Shown here: positions 47,896 to 60,979 of the stretch, one piece after another | Numbering within the stretch: the stretch's first letter is position 1 | How the letters are laid out: the number at the start of each line of letters is the position of its first letter | Source: Sphyrna mokarran | Lineage: Eukaryota | DNA: 64,000 nucleotides | Direction: 5' to 3' | Assembly (NCBI GenBank): GCA_024679065.1 | Contig: JAGIQG010000010.1 | Span: 39,680,001-39,744,000, forward strand | Position numbers and translations under genes: made by a program | The notes under the pieces: model-generated | The model's input: the letters and a program-made list of their open reading frames with translations, nothing else | The model's database searches: none | What the model was told of the DNA's origin: nothing

Positions 47896-49239
47896 ACACT
47901 GGTCATCAATAAACAGGAATAAGGAACTCAGTGCAAGATTGTTGTCAAATCTCAAAACTTAAATGGCAGTCCAATTTGTTCAAGCTTCACTATGGTTTGC
48001 AATGTCATCTATTTAAATGATTGACTTTTAATTATACCCATGTATTCATTAACAGTATTAACTTTAACATATACAAGGCAAGAAAGTTTAAGAGTAAAAC
48101 AATGTCAGTAATATTTTAACTTACTATGTGCATTGCATATTTGTATTGAATTATGGAAATTAAGTATTATGCACGCAAACAAATGGACCAGGAAAACAAT
48201 TGAATTACGATTAAGAGAGCTGACACTAGGAAAATCATTGTGTAATTCAATCTTTTTCAATCTCAAAGGGATTAATACACATTTGTTAGCTCTTGAATAA
48301 ACTTATCACTTCATAATCACTGATTATTGACCTATTCGATTTACAATTACCTTGCAAACAGACAAATAACTTTTCCATCAGGATTGCAGATTTCAGGAGT
48401 TAGATCTAAATTAACTTGCACACTTAAATAGGTGGTATATGTAATTGCATGGTAGATCAGAACTAAATTCATCACAGAAAGTTAAGCATTGTCATTTCAA
48501 GTCTAAGGTAGCTTTTAAAGAAGTGATAAGTGTTAATTACCCTCAATCGACTTCTCTAGCACTATAAAAAACATTGTTACAGCTGTGATGTCTCATTCCT
48601 TGAGTTTTTGTTCTTGCAGAAGTTACAAATGTCTATTTGTATTTCAATAAACTTTTCCTATCTTTCTTTCTCTCTTAATCTATTCTTAATTTCCAATTTC
48701 ATTTCTCCTTCTACACTGATTTTACATGGGGTTCACCCACTCTAATTTGCACTTCTTTCTAAGTTCTGGTGCACCAAATTTCACAATCCTTCAATCTGAT
48801 TGAGAGAATACACAGTTGGTTGCCCTATCCACTCAGGTCCCAGATGCTGTTTCCTGGCTGCAGCATTATCAACTTGCAGTTTCAGCAATGTGCCAGGCAA
48901 ACATATTTAAAAGCTAAATGTGCAAAACTAACTAACAGCAGATGCCATTAGGTACCCCTTGATACAGCAAATTATGGCTCATGAAATCAGTACTGTAACA
49001 AAACTCACCTAACTTTATCCATTACACTGGCATCAAATACTCCCAGATCAGTTTCAGCTTGCATCATATTTCCAACAATGCCACAATATTACGACAGTTA
49101 CTTATCAATGACTGGTAGCTGCAGTATAGGTTCCTGTTAGATGAATGCATTTACACGGCCTACTTACATCTGTTGTTATTCTACTTAAGAGGCATTCAAA
49201 GATTCTTTATCAGCAATTAAAATTAAATAGCATTCTTAA

Positions 49240-49500
49240 ACATAGAAACATGGAAGATAGGAGCAGGAGAAGGGCCTTCAAGTCTGCTCTGCCATTCATA
49301 CAATCATGGCTGATCGTCCAATTCAATAATCTAATCCTGCTTTCTCTGCATAACTTTTGAAACCATTCACCTCAAGAGCGATATCTAGCTGCCTTTTGAA
49401 TATATTCAATGTTTTGGCATCAACTACTTCCTGTGGTAATGAATTCCACAGGTTCACCTCTCTTTAGACAAAGAAATGTCTCCTCATCTCCATCCCAAAT
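49240..49500 (-). mobile_element. CR1 3' tail
   Basis: catagaaacatggaagataggagcaggagaagggcc... and aatgaattccacaggttcacc (reverse complement of VNLWNSL). Confidence 0.75.
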
Positions 49501-50327
49501 CACGTACCCCAAATTCTCCAGACATTAAAATACGTTACAGGCAGAGTTAATATGTAACTAGGAGACATTTCAATCTTGTTTGGCACCATGAGCTTAATTT
49601 TCAAATCTGTGTTTTAGAACCAAGTGCCCCATATCATTACCAAGACCCAGTGCCAGGATATGCAGATACTTTAAATGCAGTTCCTCTGATTGGACAGTGT
49701 TGAGTTTGGTACCCAGTTAGGGTGGCAAGCACAATCAAAAAGGGGGAACTGACTCTGGAGTACAATCATCATAGGCAGATAGCAGCCAAGAGGGCCAAAA
49801 GTGTCACAGTGCAGATAAGTGGCTAAATGGTCAATCAAAAGGTAGTAAACCTGTTGTGAGTGAATAAATGTTTTCATTTAGCAGAAACATGAATTAATGA
49901 TCTCCCATATTGCAGCCAACAGCTATGCACTAACATTCAGCAGACATGGTTTGGCCAGTCTGTGACTTGAGAATTGTCTTCTCGCCCTCCCAAGGCCATT
50001 AATAAGCTCTTCAAGGAGCTTAATGGAGAGTTAATTGGAGGCAAGTGGATTGCCAGCTTCCCCTATCCTTCACCCCACCCCCATAACTGAAAGTGATTCC
50101 ACTTATTCAACGTTTAGCTCATGTGTAACCATTAAGAGCAACTTGTGCAGTCATTACCCAATATTTTGGCCACAGTCACGATGCTATCACTTGGTGACCT
50201 TCTGATGTGACAACTACATTTGAACCACTATGACAGACTGAAAGATGGACATCAGTTAACATGGACTAGTCACTGACTACAGAGCTAATGACTCTCGTGA
50301 GAAATCCATAAATATCTGAGCAACGTG

Positions 50328-50431
50328 CGCACACACACACACACATAAGTATACATATACATGTTTATACATACACACATTCATACATAAATATACACAG
50401 ATGCACACACAGTCACACAAATACATACACA

Positions 50432-50461
<30 letters not shown>
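50328..50461. repeat. Imperfect (CA)n/(CATA)n microsatellite
   Basis: Directly visible. Confidence 0.95.
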
Positions 50462-50462
<1 letters not shown>

Positions 50463-50524
50463 GATGAAAGCTAATACTATTACATATAAAGTGATAGAAT
50501 AAATCAGTAATATGTTGAAACAAT

Positions 50525-50664
50525 AGGCAGAATATTCCAGTCACATCTGTCCTGACAATGGAAAATCCAGCCAGAGGGCAACAGATTTTTCAAACCTCCA
50601 TCAAATTTTCTGCAACCCTTTCAGTAACGATTCCCATAGTGGGTGAGACCAGAAAATTTACCCC
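50525..50664. mobile_element. Short MITE
   Basis: ggcagaatattcc ... gaaaatttacccc ends. Homologous to 28842-28964. Confidence 0.6.
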
Positions 50665-50989
50665 AATGTTTCTACTGCTTGTGCTATGGAATAGCCCAGC
50701 TGTATTCCACATGACAACTATCAGGGTTTATGGTTATCTGCTGCATGCTACCAAACCATTCCCTCATGAAATACCCAAATAGATATGGAGCAGGAACAGC
50801 TCCTTTATGGTTAGGTGGTCTGTGTGAGATTCCTCAGTGTGTGATATCAGTGACCAGATTCCTATTTACTAACAATCTCACACCTTACCTTCCTTTATCA
50901 CTGATCTTCACAGGATCCATGTGGCTGAAATGCAAAAATAACAGACTAGTAAATGGAAGTTCAAAACAAAATTTGTAAATGTAACCAAC

Positions 50990-51500
50990 AAGTTGATACC
51001 TGAGCAATCCTAGTAATCTATTGGAGGACAGGTTGATAGATCTCCGAGACAATCTATCCAGGGCACTTTTGCACATTGCAATCCTCAAACTAGGTGACAG
51101 CAGCCTGACTTTGCAAATCAGCAAGCCGAGCTTGCAGATGACTGTGAATTTCAGCTACAACATTCAGATGTTGGGTGGCAGCTGTTGCAATGAAAACTGA
51201 GACATCAGTCAACAGATGCTGCATCACAGTTGGGTCCAGAAATGTGTAAACAGAGTTGGCTACCAGTTCCATTCTGGCAAGGATAGTCTCCCAAGTCCTG
51301 CACCAAGCCTGTGCAAGATTGGTGCCATTCTTCTACATGTCCACATTTGTCACAAGCTTTCTGGCAGGTTTCTAAATGTGCAAAAATGAGTTGTGAAAAC
51401 TTAGCAACTTTTTTCTGTAAATTGAAATATCCAAATGCTCATCTGAGTTTTTTGAAGAAGAACCCATGTGTGACCTTGCCTTCTGGTGAGTTAGTACTTT
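50990..51500 (-). mobile_element. Decayed coding repeat homologous to 32600-33200
   Basis: ORF remnant MELVANSVYTFLDPTVMQHLLTDVSVFIATAATQHL, with nucleotide similarity to 32800-33150. Confidence 0.55.
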
Positions 51501-51514
51501 CCAACTGCAATAAT

Positions 51515-52495
51515 TGTGAATGATTTTAATCTTCAAATAGATTGGAAGAATGAAATTGGCACAGCTAACATTGAAAATGAGTTCACTGTGTGTATTTGGG
51601 ATAATTTCATGGAACAATATGTTTTGGAACTAATCACAGAACATGTTATTTTAGACAATGAGACAGGATTAATTAATGATCTCATAGTAAATGATGCATC
51701 ATCGATGGCTAACCAAGGAAATTAAAGATGGTATCAAACTGAAAAAAGAAGCATGCAATGTTGCAAAGATGCCAAAAGATTGGGAAAATTTTAGAATCCA
51801 GCCAAGTTTAATGAAAATACAATAAAGAGGAAGAAATTAAACAATGAGAGTGAACCAGCAAGAAATGTAAAAACACTCAGTAAGACCATCTAAAAATGTA
51901 GAAAAAAGAAAGGAGCTAAAGGAACTAACCTGGGCAGATCTGTAAGATCCTCTCACCGTGAACGGCAGCAAGGTTTTGGCTGTAATGTATTTGGATTTCC
52001 AAAAGTCATTAGATAAGATGCTATATAAAAGGTTACTATACAAGATAAGCTAAGGGGGTAATATATTAGCATGGATAGAGGGTTGGCTAATGGGAAACTG
52101 AAAGTTGTGATAAATGTGTCATTTTCAGGTTTGGCAAACTGTAACTAGTGCAAGCATCAATGCTGGGGCCTCAACAATTGACAGTTTATATTAATGACTT
52201 GGATGAAGAGACTGAATTGACAGGAGCCAACCTTGCTGATGATGTAAAGATATGTAGGAAAATATGTTGAAAGGAGGACTCAGAAAATGAAAAAGGATAT
52301 AGATAGGTTAAGTGAGTGGCTAAACACATTGCAAATGGAGTATAATGGGAAAATGAGAGCTTGTGCACTTTGGTGGGAAGTATAGCGAAGCAGAATATTG
52401 TTTAAATGTAGGAATGCTCCAGAATGCTGTGATACAGAGTGATATGGAGTGATCTGCATGTCTTGGTTCATAAATCACAAAAAGTTAGCATATTC
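51515..52495 (+). mobile_element. Degenerate, internally deleted CR1 ORF2
   Basis: DFNLQIDW...FMEQYV, MYLDFQKSLDK, SMLGPQ..YINDLDE, LADDVK. Confidence 0.8.
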
Positions 52496-53289
52496 CTATG
52501 TTCACCAGAAGTACCTTATTTGAAGAAACAACACTTCAAAGAATGTATGATCATGTGTGTACTTTAAACTGTGATACACAAATTAAATATTTTCGCTTAA
52601 TCACAACTAAAGCATGACTTTGGAACAATCCAAAGCTCTTTTTCAAGGCTGATTCTAGTTAAAAATGAACAAAGACAACAATGAGTTTTAGCTGTCTAGT
52701 AGACTTTACCTCCATGTTCTTCACATCAGCACTGGTTTAAATGTTAACAAGGTAAATATTTTCATTGATAGAAATAAATCAACTCTCAATCTTGCTTACC
52801 ATGACAGAGAAAGGAAACTGAACTTATACATAATTACATGCAGAATTCAATTCAAATGTTATCGCATGAACTTTTATTCCATAAAAAAAGTTTAATAACC
52901 TGAACTTTGTAGATTTTATTCTTTATTGATATGGCTAATGTGTGTGACTTTTGCTGGTTAACGTGAACTTTTCCTGCTGCCTCCCTTGTCTGAGGGTTAA
53001 GGACATCACGGGTGCTGGACATGTTGAAGAAGAATGACAACTGAGGATACCAGTTAGTAGGACAGTTAGAGGATAATGCACAGAGGATTGGAAAGGCAAA
53101 TAACATTCAGATAAAAAATAGTTCAGAAATAGGAGAGAACAGATAGGTGACTAATATGAGGTAAAATTAATTTGAACTATGCCTGTAAAATAGTGTAAGA
53201 GGTTAACAAACTGCTTGCACAAGTTGCCACATTGGATTCTGACAAGGTGGCACTGAAAGAGACCTGGATCAAAGAAGAAAAATATCAAG

Positions 53290-53613
53290 AATCTAGAGTC
53301 CCTACAGTACAGAAGGAGGCCATTCAGCCCATTGAGTCTTTAGCGACCACAAACACACCCAGGCTCTATCCCTGTAATTCCACATATTTACCCTACTAAT
53401 CTCTCTGACACTAAGGGTTAATTTAGCACGGCCAATCAATCTAACCCACATATCTTTGGACCATGGGAGGAATCCTGAGCACCTGGAAGAAATCCATGCA
53501 GACAAGGACCAAATATGCAAACTCCACACAGATAGTAATCCAAGGCCGGAATTGAACCTGGAACTCTAGCACTATGAGGCATCGGTGCTAAACGCTATGC
53601 CACTATGCTGCCC
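53290..53613 (-). mobile_element. HE1-like V-SINE, near full length
   Basis: Minus strand: gggcagcatagtggcatagcgtttagcaccgatgcctcatagtgctagagttccaggttcaattccggccttgg (A/B boxes), V-domain, tail aatggcctccttctgtactgtagggactct. Confidence 0.9.
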
Positions 53614-54287
53614 TAACATTCATTGGGATATTCAGGAAAGACAAAGAATCTACAAAGTAAGTGGTTGTAGTTTTGATGAAATAAACTATTATAGCATTGG
53701 AAACGAATGATTTAGTTGAGGGTCAAGGACAGAGTCTATTTGAATTGAATTAAATAACAATAGAGGAGCTATTAGGCTACTGGATGTATTTAAAAGCTAC
53801 CAAACAGTGAAAAGAAGTTAAAGGAGCAAATTTTCTGGCAAATTACAGTAAGATGCAAGAACAATGGAGTAGTGATAATGGAGACTTCAATCATGCTCAT
53901 AAAGACTGGAATAATAACTGGGTGGAGGACAAAGAGAAAGAGGAATTATTGAAATATCTACATGGATTCCTTAATCAGTCTGCTCTCAGCTTACTGGGGA
54001 AGGGAACAATGCTGGATCTAGTTCTAGATAATCAAGTGGAGCATGTTTCAGCAGGGGAATATTTTGGAAAGCAGTGAAAGAAGCAACATTTAATTGAGAC
54101 TAGTTATGGAAAAAGATCATGTACAATCAAGTGTAAAAAATGCAAGAGGCATAATATGTTGAAAAGGAATCAGGCTTAGGTGAATTGGGATTAAAAACTG
54201 GTAGTGGATGATTTGGGTTACAGGATAGATGTATTCTCACAAGTGCAAACAAAGAGAGTCTAAAGCTCTCTAGATGTCAAAAGATGT

Positions 54288-54813
54288 AGGCTGGGACTTT
54301 TCGGGTGGCAGGGCTTCTAGAGGAATCTCATGTCAGCTCTATAGTCCCAATAGTACCACCAAGAGTGGCGGCTGCTGCTGGGACTATAAGCAGTCACACC
54401 TATCTAAATCTGGTATGGTCTGGAGCTCACAGGACTAGATAAGTCTGAGGTCTTGCAGAGGGGTGGGGAGGGGAGGCACAAGGGGTTGAGAGAGAGAGGG
54501 ATTGGGGGATAGTAAGGCCAAAGAGGGTCACTTGTGAGAGGACAAGGAGTGGGGCTGTGATGGGTGCAACACCACACCTCTCCCTCCACAGCTTGAGCAG
54601 GACCACTTGACAGGCGGCCCCCACAAAACCTGAACTTCTCTCAGTGGCCTCAGGCTAAGGCTCCAATGGTGTGAGGGCAGACAGGCCACTTGAGGTCTTG
54701 CTGATCTTAGTAACGTTGTTGACAGGCTACTGGTAGGTGGGTAGGTACCCAGGAGATTTTATGGTCTTGTTCCACCAGCCAGTTCTCGGGCAGATGCCTG
54801 TAAAATTCTGCCT
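54288..54813. mobile_element. MITE inserted in CR1
   Basis: Ends aggctgggactttt and aaaattctgcct form an imperfect TIR. CR1 sequence resumes on both sides. Confidence 0.6.
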
Positions 54814-55834
54814 AAAGAGATCAAAATGAAACAGAAAAATAAGGCGTATGCTAAATGTAAGGTCATAAAACACTAGAGACACAGTCGAATTACAGAGCAA
54901 ATCTGAAAATGGATTAAGACATGGAGCGAGTATGAGAATAGAACAGTGATGAACTTAAGGAGGAACTTAAAAGCTTTTTCTAAATATATAAACATTAAAA
55001 CATCATTCAAACGAGTGAGTCCAATTTTGAATCAAAAAGATTTCATATGGAAGCAGAGGGCATGGCTGATACACTAATCAGTACAACGCATTCTCTTCAA
55101 TAGTGAAAACAGATACAATGTAGTAGCAAAGGGGGGGAAAGGATAAAATTGGATAAAAATTAAGCATTTTAAAGGTTGGCAGTATTCAAAATTTCCAGAT
55201 AGGAATACAGCCAAGATTACTGAGGGAAATAAGAGTAGAAATTGTGGACTTTCTATCCAATAATATGTCAATCCTCCTTAGAAATGAAAGAAATGCGAGA
55301 TGGATTGAAAATGTGTATATGATAAATTCTGACCCACAAATGTGGAAAGACATAATCGCAGCAACTTCAGATCACTCAGCTTAACATTATTAGTGGGAAA
55401 AATTTTGGAGATAATAATCTGAGATAAAATTAATTGACAAATATGGACTAAGAAATGAAATCAGTATTGATTTCTTAAAAACAAATCATGTCTGACTAAC
55501 TTGAGTTCTTTGATGAAGTGACAGTAAGGACTGATGAGGGTACTGTGGTTTTTGTCTCTATGAATTTCTGAAAATGTTTGAAGAACCACATAAATTTATT
55601 GAAAGAAGTACATGGGATAGTTGCAGCAGTGATGTTGCTCAGCCTTTGAGGTGAAGATGACCATGTCCTTCATGTGAGGTGCTTGAATCCAAGAAAGGAA
55701 TAGACCATATGGCCTACTGAGCCTATTCCACCATCCAACATGATCTTGGATTTTTACTCCATTTTCCCTCCCTTTTTCGATATCTCTGGATTCCCTGAGG
55801 GACAATAAAAGTTGCCTATCCCAATGTTAAATGT

Positions 55835-57190
55835 ATTCAACCTTTTGCTGCATTCTGGTGCACATGTAGGTGACTGCCAAAACTGATCTGTTCCCATAAG
55901 GTTCTGCTGCAAACAGGATAGGATACAACAGATGGTTGAAGTTTGAGTACGATGTTGGCTCTGGATTTTCTCTCTTCACCATGAGAAAGCACTTCAGACT
56001 CAAGCTCTCCATAGACAGTTTGTTTTGGCAAGTGAATGTCAGGTTAGGTGCTCAGTTGTAACTGTCTCAATATGATAGAATGATGGCCTGCCAACCCGGT
56101 TACTTCCTCAGGGTCTGGTGCTTTGTCCCGACCTCTGATCTTCTGAAGGTTGTGGAGACAGCTCAACTGAAAATGGTTGAACTTAGCAAGACATTGATTC
56201 ATAGTCCAACTCTCACATGTGCATAGTAGAGTAGGCAGGCCTGATGCTGTATTAAATTACTCTTTGGTAGGCAGACTTACTGCTCTTCATTCCCTGACTG
56301 AAGTATAAAGTCTGTTGTAGGCAGGCCTGGTGCTCTATTGACTCACTGGTAGGCAGACTCACTGCTCTTCATTCCCCGACTGAAGTATATAGTCTGTCGT
56401 AGGCTGCAGTTGCTTTGACAATTCTTGCATGTGTTTCATCAATATAGACAGGTCAAGAGAGTGTTCTGTGAAGATAAGTGAATTTATCTACTGCAGATGG
56501 TACTTTATGCTGATCAGAAAGTTGAAGTTGTTACATGCCTAGGGAATGAGTCAATCAGAAATTGCGGGTGGGATTTTCTGGCCTTGCTTGCCTCGAATTC
56601 AGAAAATTTGAAGTCAATGGATCTTTCCATGGTCTGTCCCTCGCTCACTCCAAGTCCCGTGGCAGGCGGGATGGTAAAATTTGCCTTGCAGCTCTGACCT
56701 AGCAGGTAGTTCACAGTTATTGCAAACTGAAAATTGTGAAGAATGTCCTTGTAGGTGTTTGGTCTTTGCCTGAGCAGTTTGCCATTCATATAATATCTGA
56801 TTCTGACACCATCGTGGGAGGCATCAGATGGCATGGTAGAGAAAAACATGCTGAAGAGGGTTGGTACTAGCACACAGATCTGTTTAATTCCATTAGTGAC
56901 TGGAAATGGACCAGGAGACTTAACATCATTCAGGACATACGTGAACGTATCAGGGATCCACTGGGATGAATTTCTCAGGGCTGCCTGATCTCTCCATTAT
57001 CTTCCAAAGTTCCTCACAAATGTCTGGGCCCAAGGTCTTGATCAGATCCACAAATATGGTGTCTGGGGTCTATGTTCTTTTCCTGGCATTTCTCTTGGAG
57101 CCATCTAATGCCAAACATCATTCCACTATGATTGTGGTAAAATTGGTGAATTCCTTTTCATCTGGTGGACAACTTTTGGAAATGTTGATG
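55835..57190 (-). mobile_element. RTE-BovB-like LINE RT fragment (contains MITE at about 56565-56685 and an ~82-bp tandem duplication at about 56260-56404)
   Basis: LVPTLFSMFFS...GVRIRY..NGKL, KFTYL..TL, IDETHARIVKA, PKQTVYGEL..SHG. Confidence 0.85.
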
Positions 57191-57689
57191 TATTAGCAAC
57201 ATAGCAACATGACTGGATTAGTGAACCAGATGCCGGGGAGAGAGCTGGGGAGACATATGTTCAAATCCCACTATAGCAGCTGATGGGATTAAAATGCAAT
57301 TAATTAATGAACAAAAAACTGAAAGTAAAAACTAATGTCAGTAATGGGACCATTACCCCAATTTCGGAATCTTTGCCAGGGGCAAAGATTCTGAAAATCA
57401 ATCCAGATTACTTTAAAAAAAATCTAGCTTTCAGTTCTGTGACTCATGTTGACATCATCATCCATGATACGGCCAGGCATAGCATTAAAAATGTAGAAAG
57501 GAAACTAATTAAATCCATTTGAATGCACTGAATAATAGTAATTTAACCATTACTAACCTTCTCAAGTGGAATGTTCTGTTTATTTTATGTTTGCAACTGA
57601 CGATGATTAAATTAGACTGAAATACTCTTTCTTTTCTCTCATTAATTAATAATAGTGACTAGATAAAAGAAAATAAGGAGCAACTGTGC

Positions 57690-58140
57690 CCAAAGGCAGA
57701 AGGCCTGTCCTTAGAGCACTGCTTAAAGGCAATTAATTAAAGAATCACAGGCAACATATGGAACCAATTTTGTACACAACTAATTGTGATCTAGAACACA
57801 CTGTTTGAAAAAATGATAGAGGCAGATTCAATCCTAACTTTTCAAAAGGCAATTGGATAAATACTTGAAGGGATTAAAAAGTATAGATCTATGGTGGGGG
57901 GGAAGAGAGAAAAGGGGGAAAGGGGAGAGGGGCAAGGGGCAAGGTAGGGAGGAAAGAGAGGAGGGGTAAGGGGGCAGGAAGGAGGATGTGGGGATGGGGA
58001 GATGGGGGAGGGGGAAGAAAGGGGATGGAGAGAAGGAGAGGGGGGAAGGAGGGGGCAAAACAGGGAAATGAAACTAATAAGCTCTAACAAAGAGCTAGCA
58101 CAGCCATGATAAGCTGAACGGCTTCCTTCTGCGCTGTGTG
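57690..58140 (+). mobile_element. CR1 3' fragment with internal purine-rich expansion (57893-58060)
   Basis: TFQKAIG / ttggataaatacttgaag motif and tail gctgaacggcttccttctgcgctgtg. G/A-only tract in the middle. Confidence 0.7.
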
Positions 58141-58364
58141 ATTAATGTAGCTTCATTTCATTTTAATAAAATCATTGTAGAATCCAACAGAACATGGTGG
58201 CAATTAGGCGTGGAAAGGCACATCACTCACCAAGAACATTACTCTATATTAAAAGCACAGTCTATAAATGTTTCAGCTCCACAAGATGTTTTAGTTTATA
58301 GGTCAATCTAGCATCAGCTTTATTTGCCAAAAAAAATTAGTTAGAGAAATCTGCAAAGGAAAAA

Positions 58365-59935
58365 ACGTGTATTTTAAGAGAGCCTTTAATATACAGTAAT
58401 AAAATGTCCCAAAGTGCTGCACAGGAGTATTATAATGCAAAATTTGACACTGAGCCATGATAAAATGGGATGACCAAAACTTTGTAAAAGTTACATTTTA
58501 AGGAGCTTCTTAAAAGTGCAGAGAAAGGTATAGATGTGAAGAGGTATAGGGAGATAATTCCAGAGCTAAGTGCTTAGGCAGTCGAAGGTAGAGAAATTAA
58601 AGTCAATTTTGGCTCAGATCAAGCATCAGATCAAACCCAAGATGGGGTGGAATGCCTTATCTTGTCAGCTTGGATCTTGTTTGGCTCTTTTGTGGAAACC
58701 TTGAATTGGATTTTGAATTTGATTTTTGGGGCAGGCATGGAATGGATTTGGGTTTGCCCGGGCCCTTCTAAGCATTGGCTTTGTAACTTTAAGGATGGAG
58801 TAAACATTGAAAAAAAGATCCAAGATGCTGAAGAGGTCTGAATTTGAATTTTTTAAAATTATGGGATTTGGAGGGGTGTTGCTGGTTAGGCCACCATTTG
58901 TTGCCTATCCCCAATTACTCTTGAGAAGGTGGTGATGAGTTGTCTTTTAAACTACTGCAATCCCTGAGATGTAGTTATGGAGGGAATTCTACGATCTTAA
59001 CCCATTAACAGTGAAGAAATGGCAATGTATTTCCAAGTAAGGATGATGAAGAGAACTTCCTGCTAGCAGTGTCCATATATCTTGTCCTGCTTGGTGGTAG
59101 TAGTTTTGGATTTGGAAGATGTTGTCAAAGGAGCCTTGCTGAGCTCGTACCATATGTATGGTACACACTACTGTCACTGCATGAGGGGGTAAATGTTTAT
59201 AGATGGGTGCCAATCAACCAGGCTGCTTTGTTCTGGATGGTGTCAAGCTCCTTGAATATTGCTGAAACTACATTCATCCAGGCAAGTGCTGAGTATTCAA
59301 TCACATTTCTGATTTGTGCCTTATAGATGGTGGACAGGTTTTAGGGAGTCAGGAGATGAGCTACTTTATGTAGCATTCCTAGCCTCTGACCTGCACTGGT
59401 GACCATAGTATTTATTTGACTGGTCCAGTTCAGTTTCTGGTCAATTGTAACCCTGGATAATAAATGCAAATACTTTGGATGGTTGTGGGATTGGAAGAAA
59501 ATACTGTAGTGGAGAAATGGCCATGGCAAGAAGTATTTTTAAAACAAAAATGAGAATTCTAAAATCATGTTTTGTTTAATCAGTAGCCATTGTAAGTCAA
59601 CAAATACAAAGCTGATGAGTAAATGGGATATGATGACAGTGAGAATCTGGACAGCAGACATTTGAATTACCTCAAGTTTATACAGGATGGAATGTGAGAG
59701 GCCAAGCAGTTAAGATGAAAGATAACACACATGGGTGAGGGTTTTGGAAATATATAAGCGGAAGTGGAAGTAGAATCGAGTGACATTACAGAGATGGAAA
59801 TAGGCAATCTTAGTGATGGTGCAGAATGTGGTCAGGAGCTCATCTCAGCATCAAATAAAACACCAAAGTTGCAAACTACTGGGTAAGCCTCAGACGGTTG
59901 GCAGGGAGAGGGGTAAGAGACAATAGTTAGGAATT
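58365..59935 (-). mobile_element. L2-like LINE 3' fragments (58365-58600 and 59500-59935) split by a second LINE
   Basis: aatgtcccaaagtgct, tttgacactgagcc, gggagataattccagagctaag, agccattgtaagtcaacaa, acagagatggaaataggcaatcttagtgat: L2-type 3' region. Confidence 0.6.
58855..59455 (-). mobile_element. LINE 3' fragment (family of 5880-6662)
   Basis: Minus-strand VTIDQKLNWTSQINTMVTSAGQRLGMLHKVAHLLTP. Tail shared with the SINE at 19796. Confidence 0.8.
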
Positions 59936-60003
59936 TCTTCTAACAAAACAATAGTTTTGAACAATAGTTCAAAGTCCACTTTGAAACGTGAACTAAAAAC
60001 AAT

Positions 60004-60979
60004 GGGCATGATTTTCCTGGTCCATTGCACTGCAGAAATAAAGTAGTGGGTTGGTAAATATCATCAGGAAGCTAAAAAAAAAATCATGATCACCATTCGG
60101 CCAGTCACCACCTTCCCAGTCCATTTCTTGGATGTAATATGCCTCACACCAGGGAACAGCACAAAACTGATTACAAAATGGAAATGAGTTTTTCCATTAA
60201 TTTAGCGAGCCGGGGACAGTATCGCCTGTTCTCATTAAATTTTCTCATCTCCCAGCGAAGGTCCACACTGATGGGGATCACGTATGGTCCCTAGCAATGA
60301 GGACCTGACGTAATGGCTTAGCTGGTGGACCAGAGGCTATTGAGGCCCCCAAGATGTTAGGGACAAGGGATGAAGTGCATGTTGAGCAACATCGTCCTGG
60401 CAGTGTTAGCCTAGCACCCTGACAATACCCACTGGATACTCTGGCATTGCCAGCTTGGCACACTAGCAGTGCCTATTGGACACTGGGCAATGGCAAGAGG
60501 GTGGGGACTGAGGGGGCAGGGCCAGGCAGTGTGGAACCAGACCAGGGTTGAGGGGAGGAAGGAGGAGAGGGAATCGGGGAAGTCTGCATTAGGGGGGGAT
60601 GGGGGCTGGTGGTGGGGTTGGGGATTGGAGGCCAGGTCTCACCATCGGAGGCAGGCCATCAGGATAGGAGAAGGTTGGAGATTGGATGCCATGCCGAATC
60701 ATTAGGAGGACGGCCAGCAAGAGGGGAGGGTCAAGGACAGACATGTTGGGGCAGATCAGGGCTGGTTATGGTGGGGGGGGTGGGGGTGGGGGGGTGCTTG
60801 CGCATGTGCAATGGCCCCTCAGCAGTGTGTTGCTAGTCTTTTGGGCAAAATTAGACTCCAGCCCCCCACACAGGCTTAGTTCTGCTCACAGCCTCTGTGA
60901 TGCACAGTGTGCTGGAAATCCATTCAACTAAATTCACCCAAAAAATGGATGCTTAATGTTTTTTGGGAAAATGGCGCCC
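60004..60979. mobile_element. Non-autonomous Harbinger-like TIR element
   Basis: TIRs gggcatgattttcc and ggaaaatggcgccc. 3-bp TSD AAT at 60001-60003 and 60980-60982. Confidence 0.8.

Larger units (their letters stand above)
53150..55620 (+). mobile_element. Old CR1 ORF2 (APE to RT) interrupted by a V-SINE and a MITE
   Basis: Remnants VALKETWIK, VIMGDFN, MLDLVL, KSCLTNL.FFDEVT in the expected order. Confidence 0.75.

Noticed and set aside
53530-53613. tRNA genes
   Set aside because: The A/B-box sequences are SINE heads attached to V-domains, not cloverleaf tRNAs.
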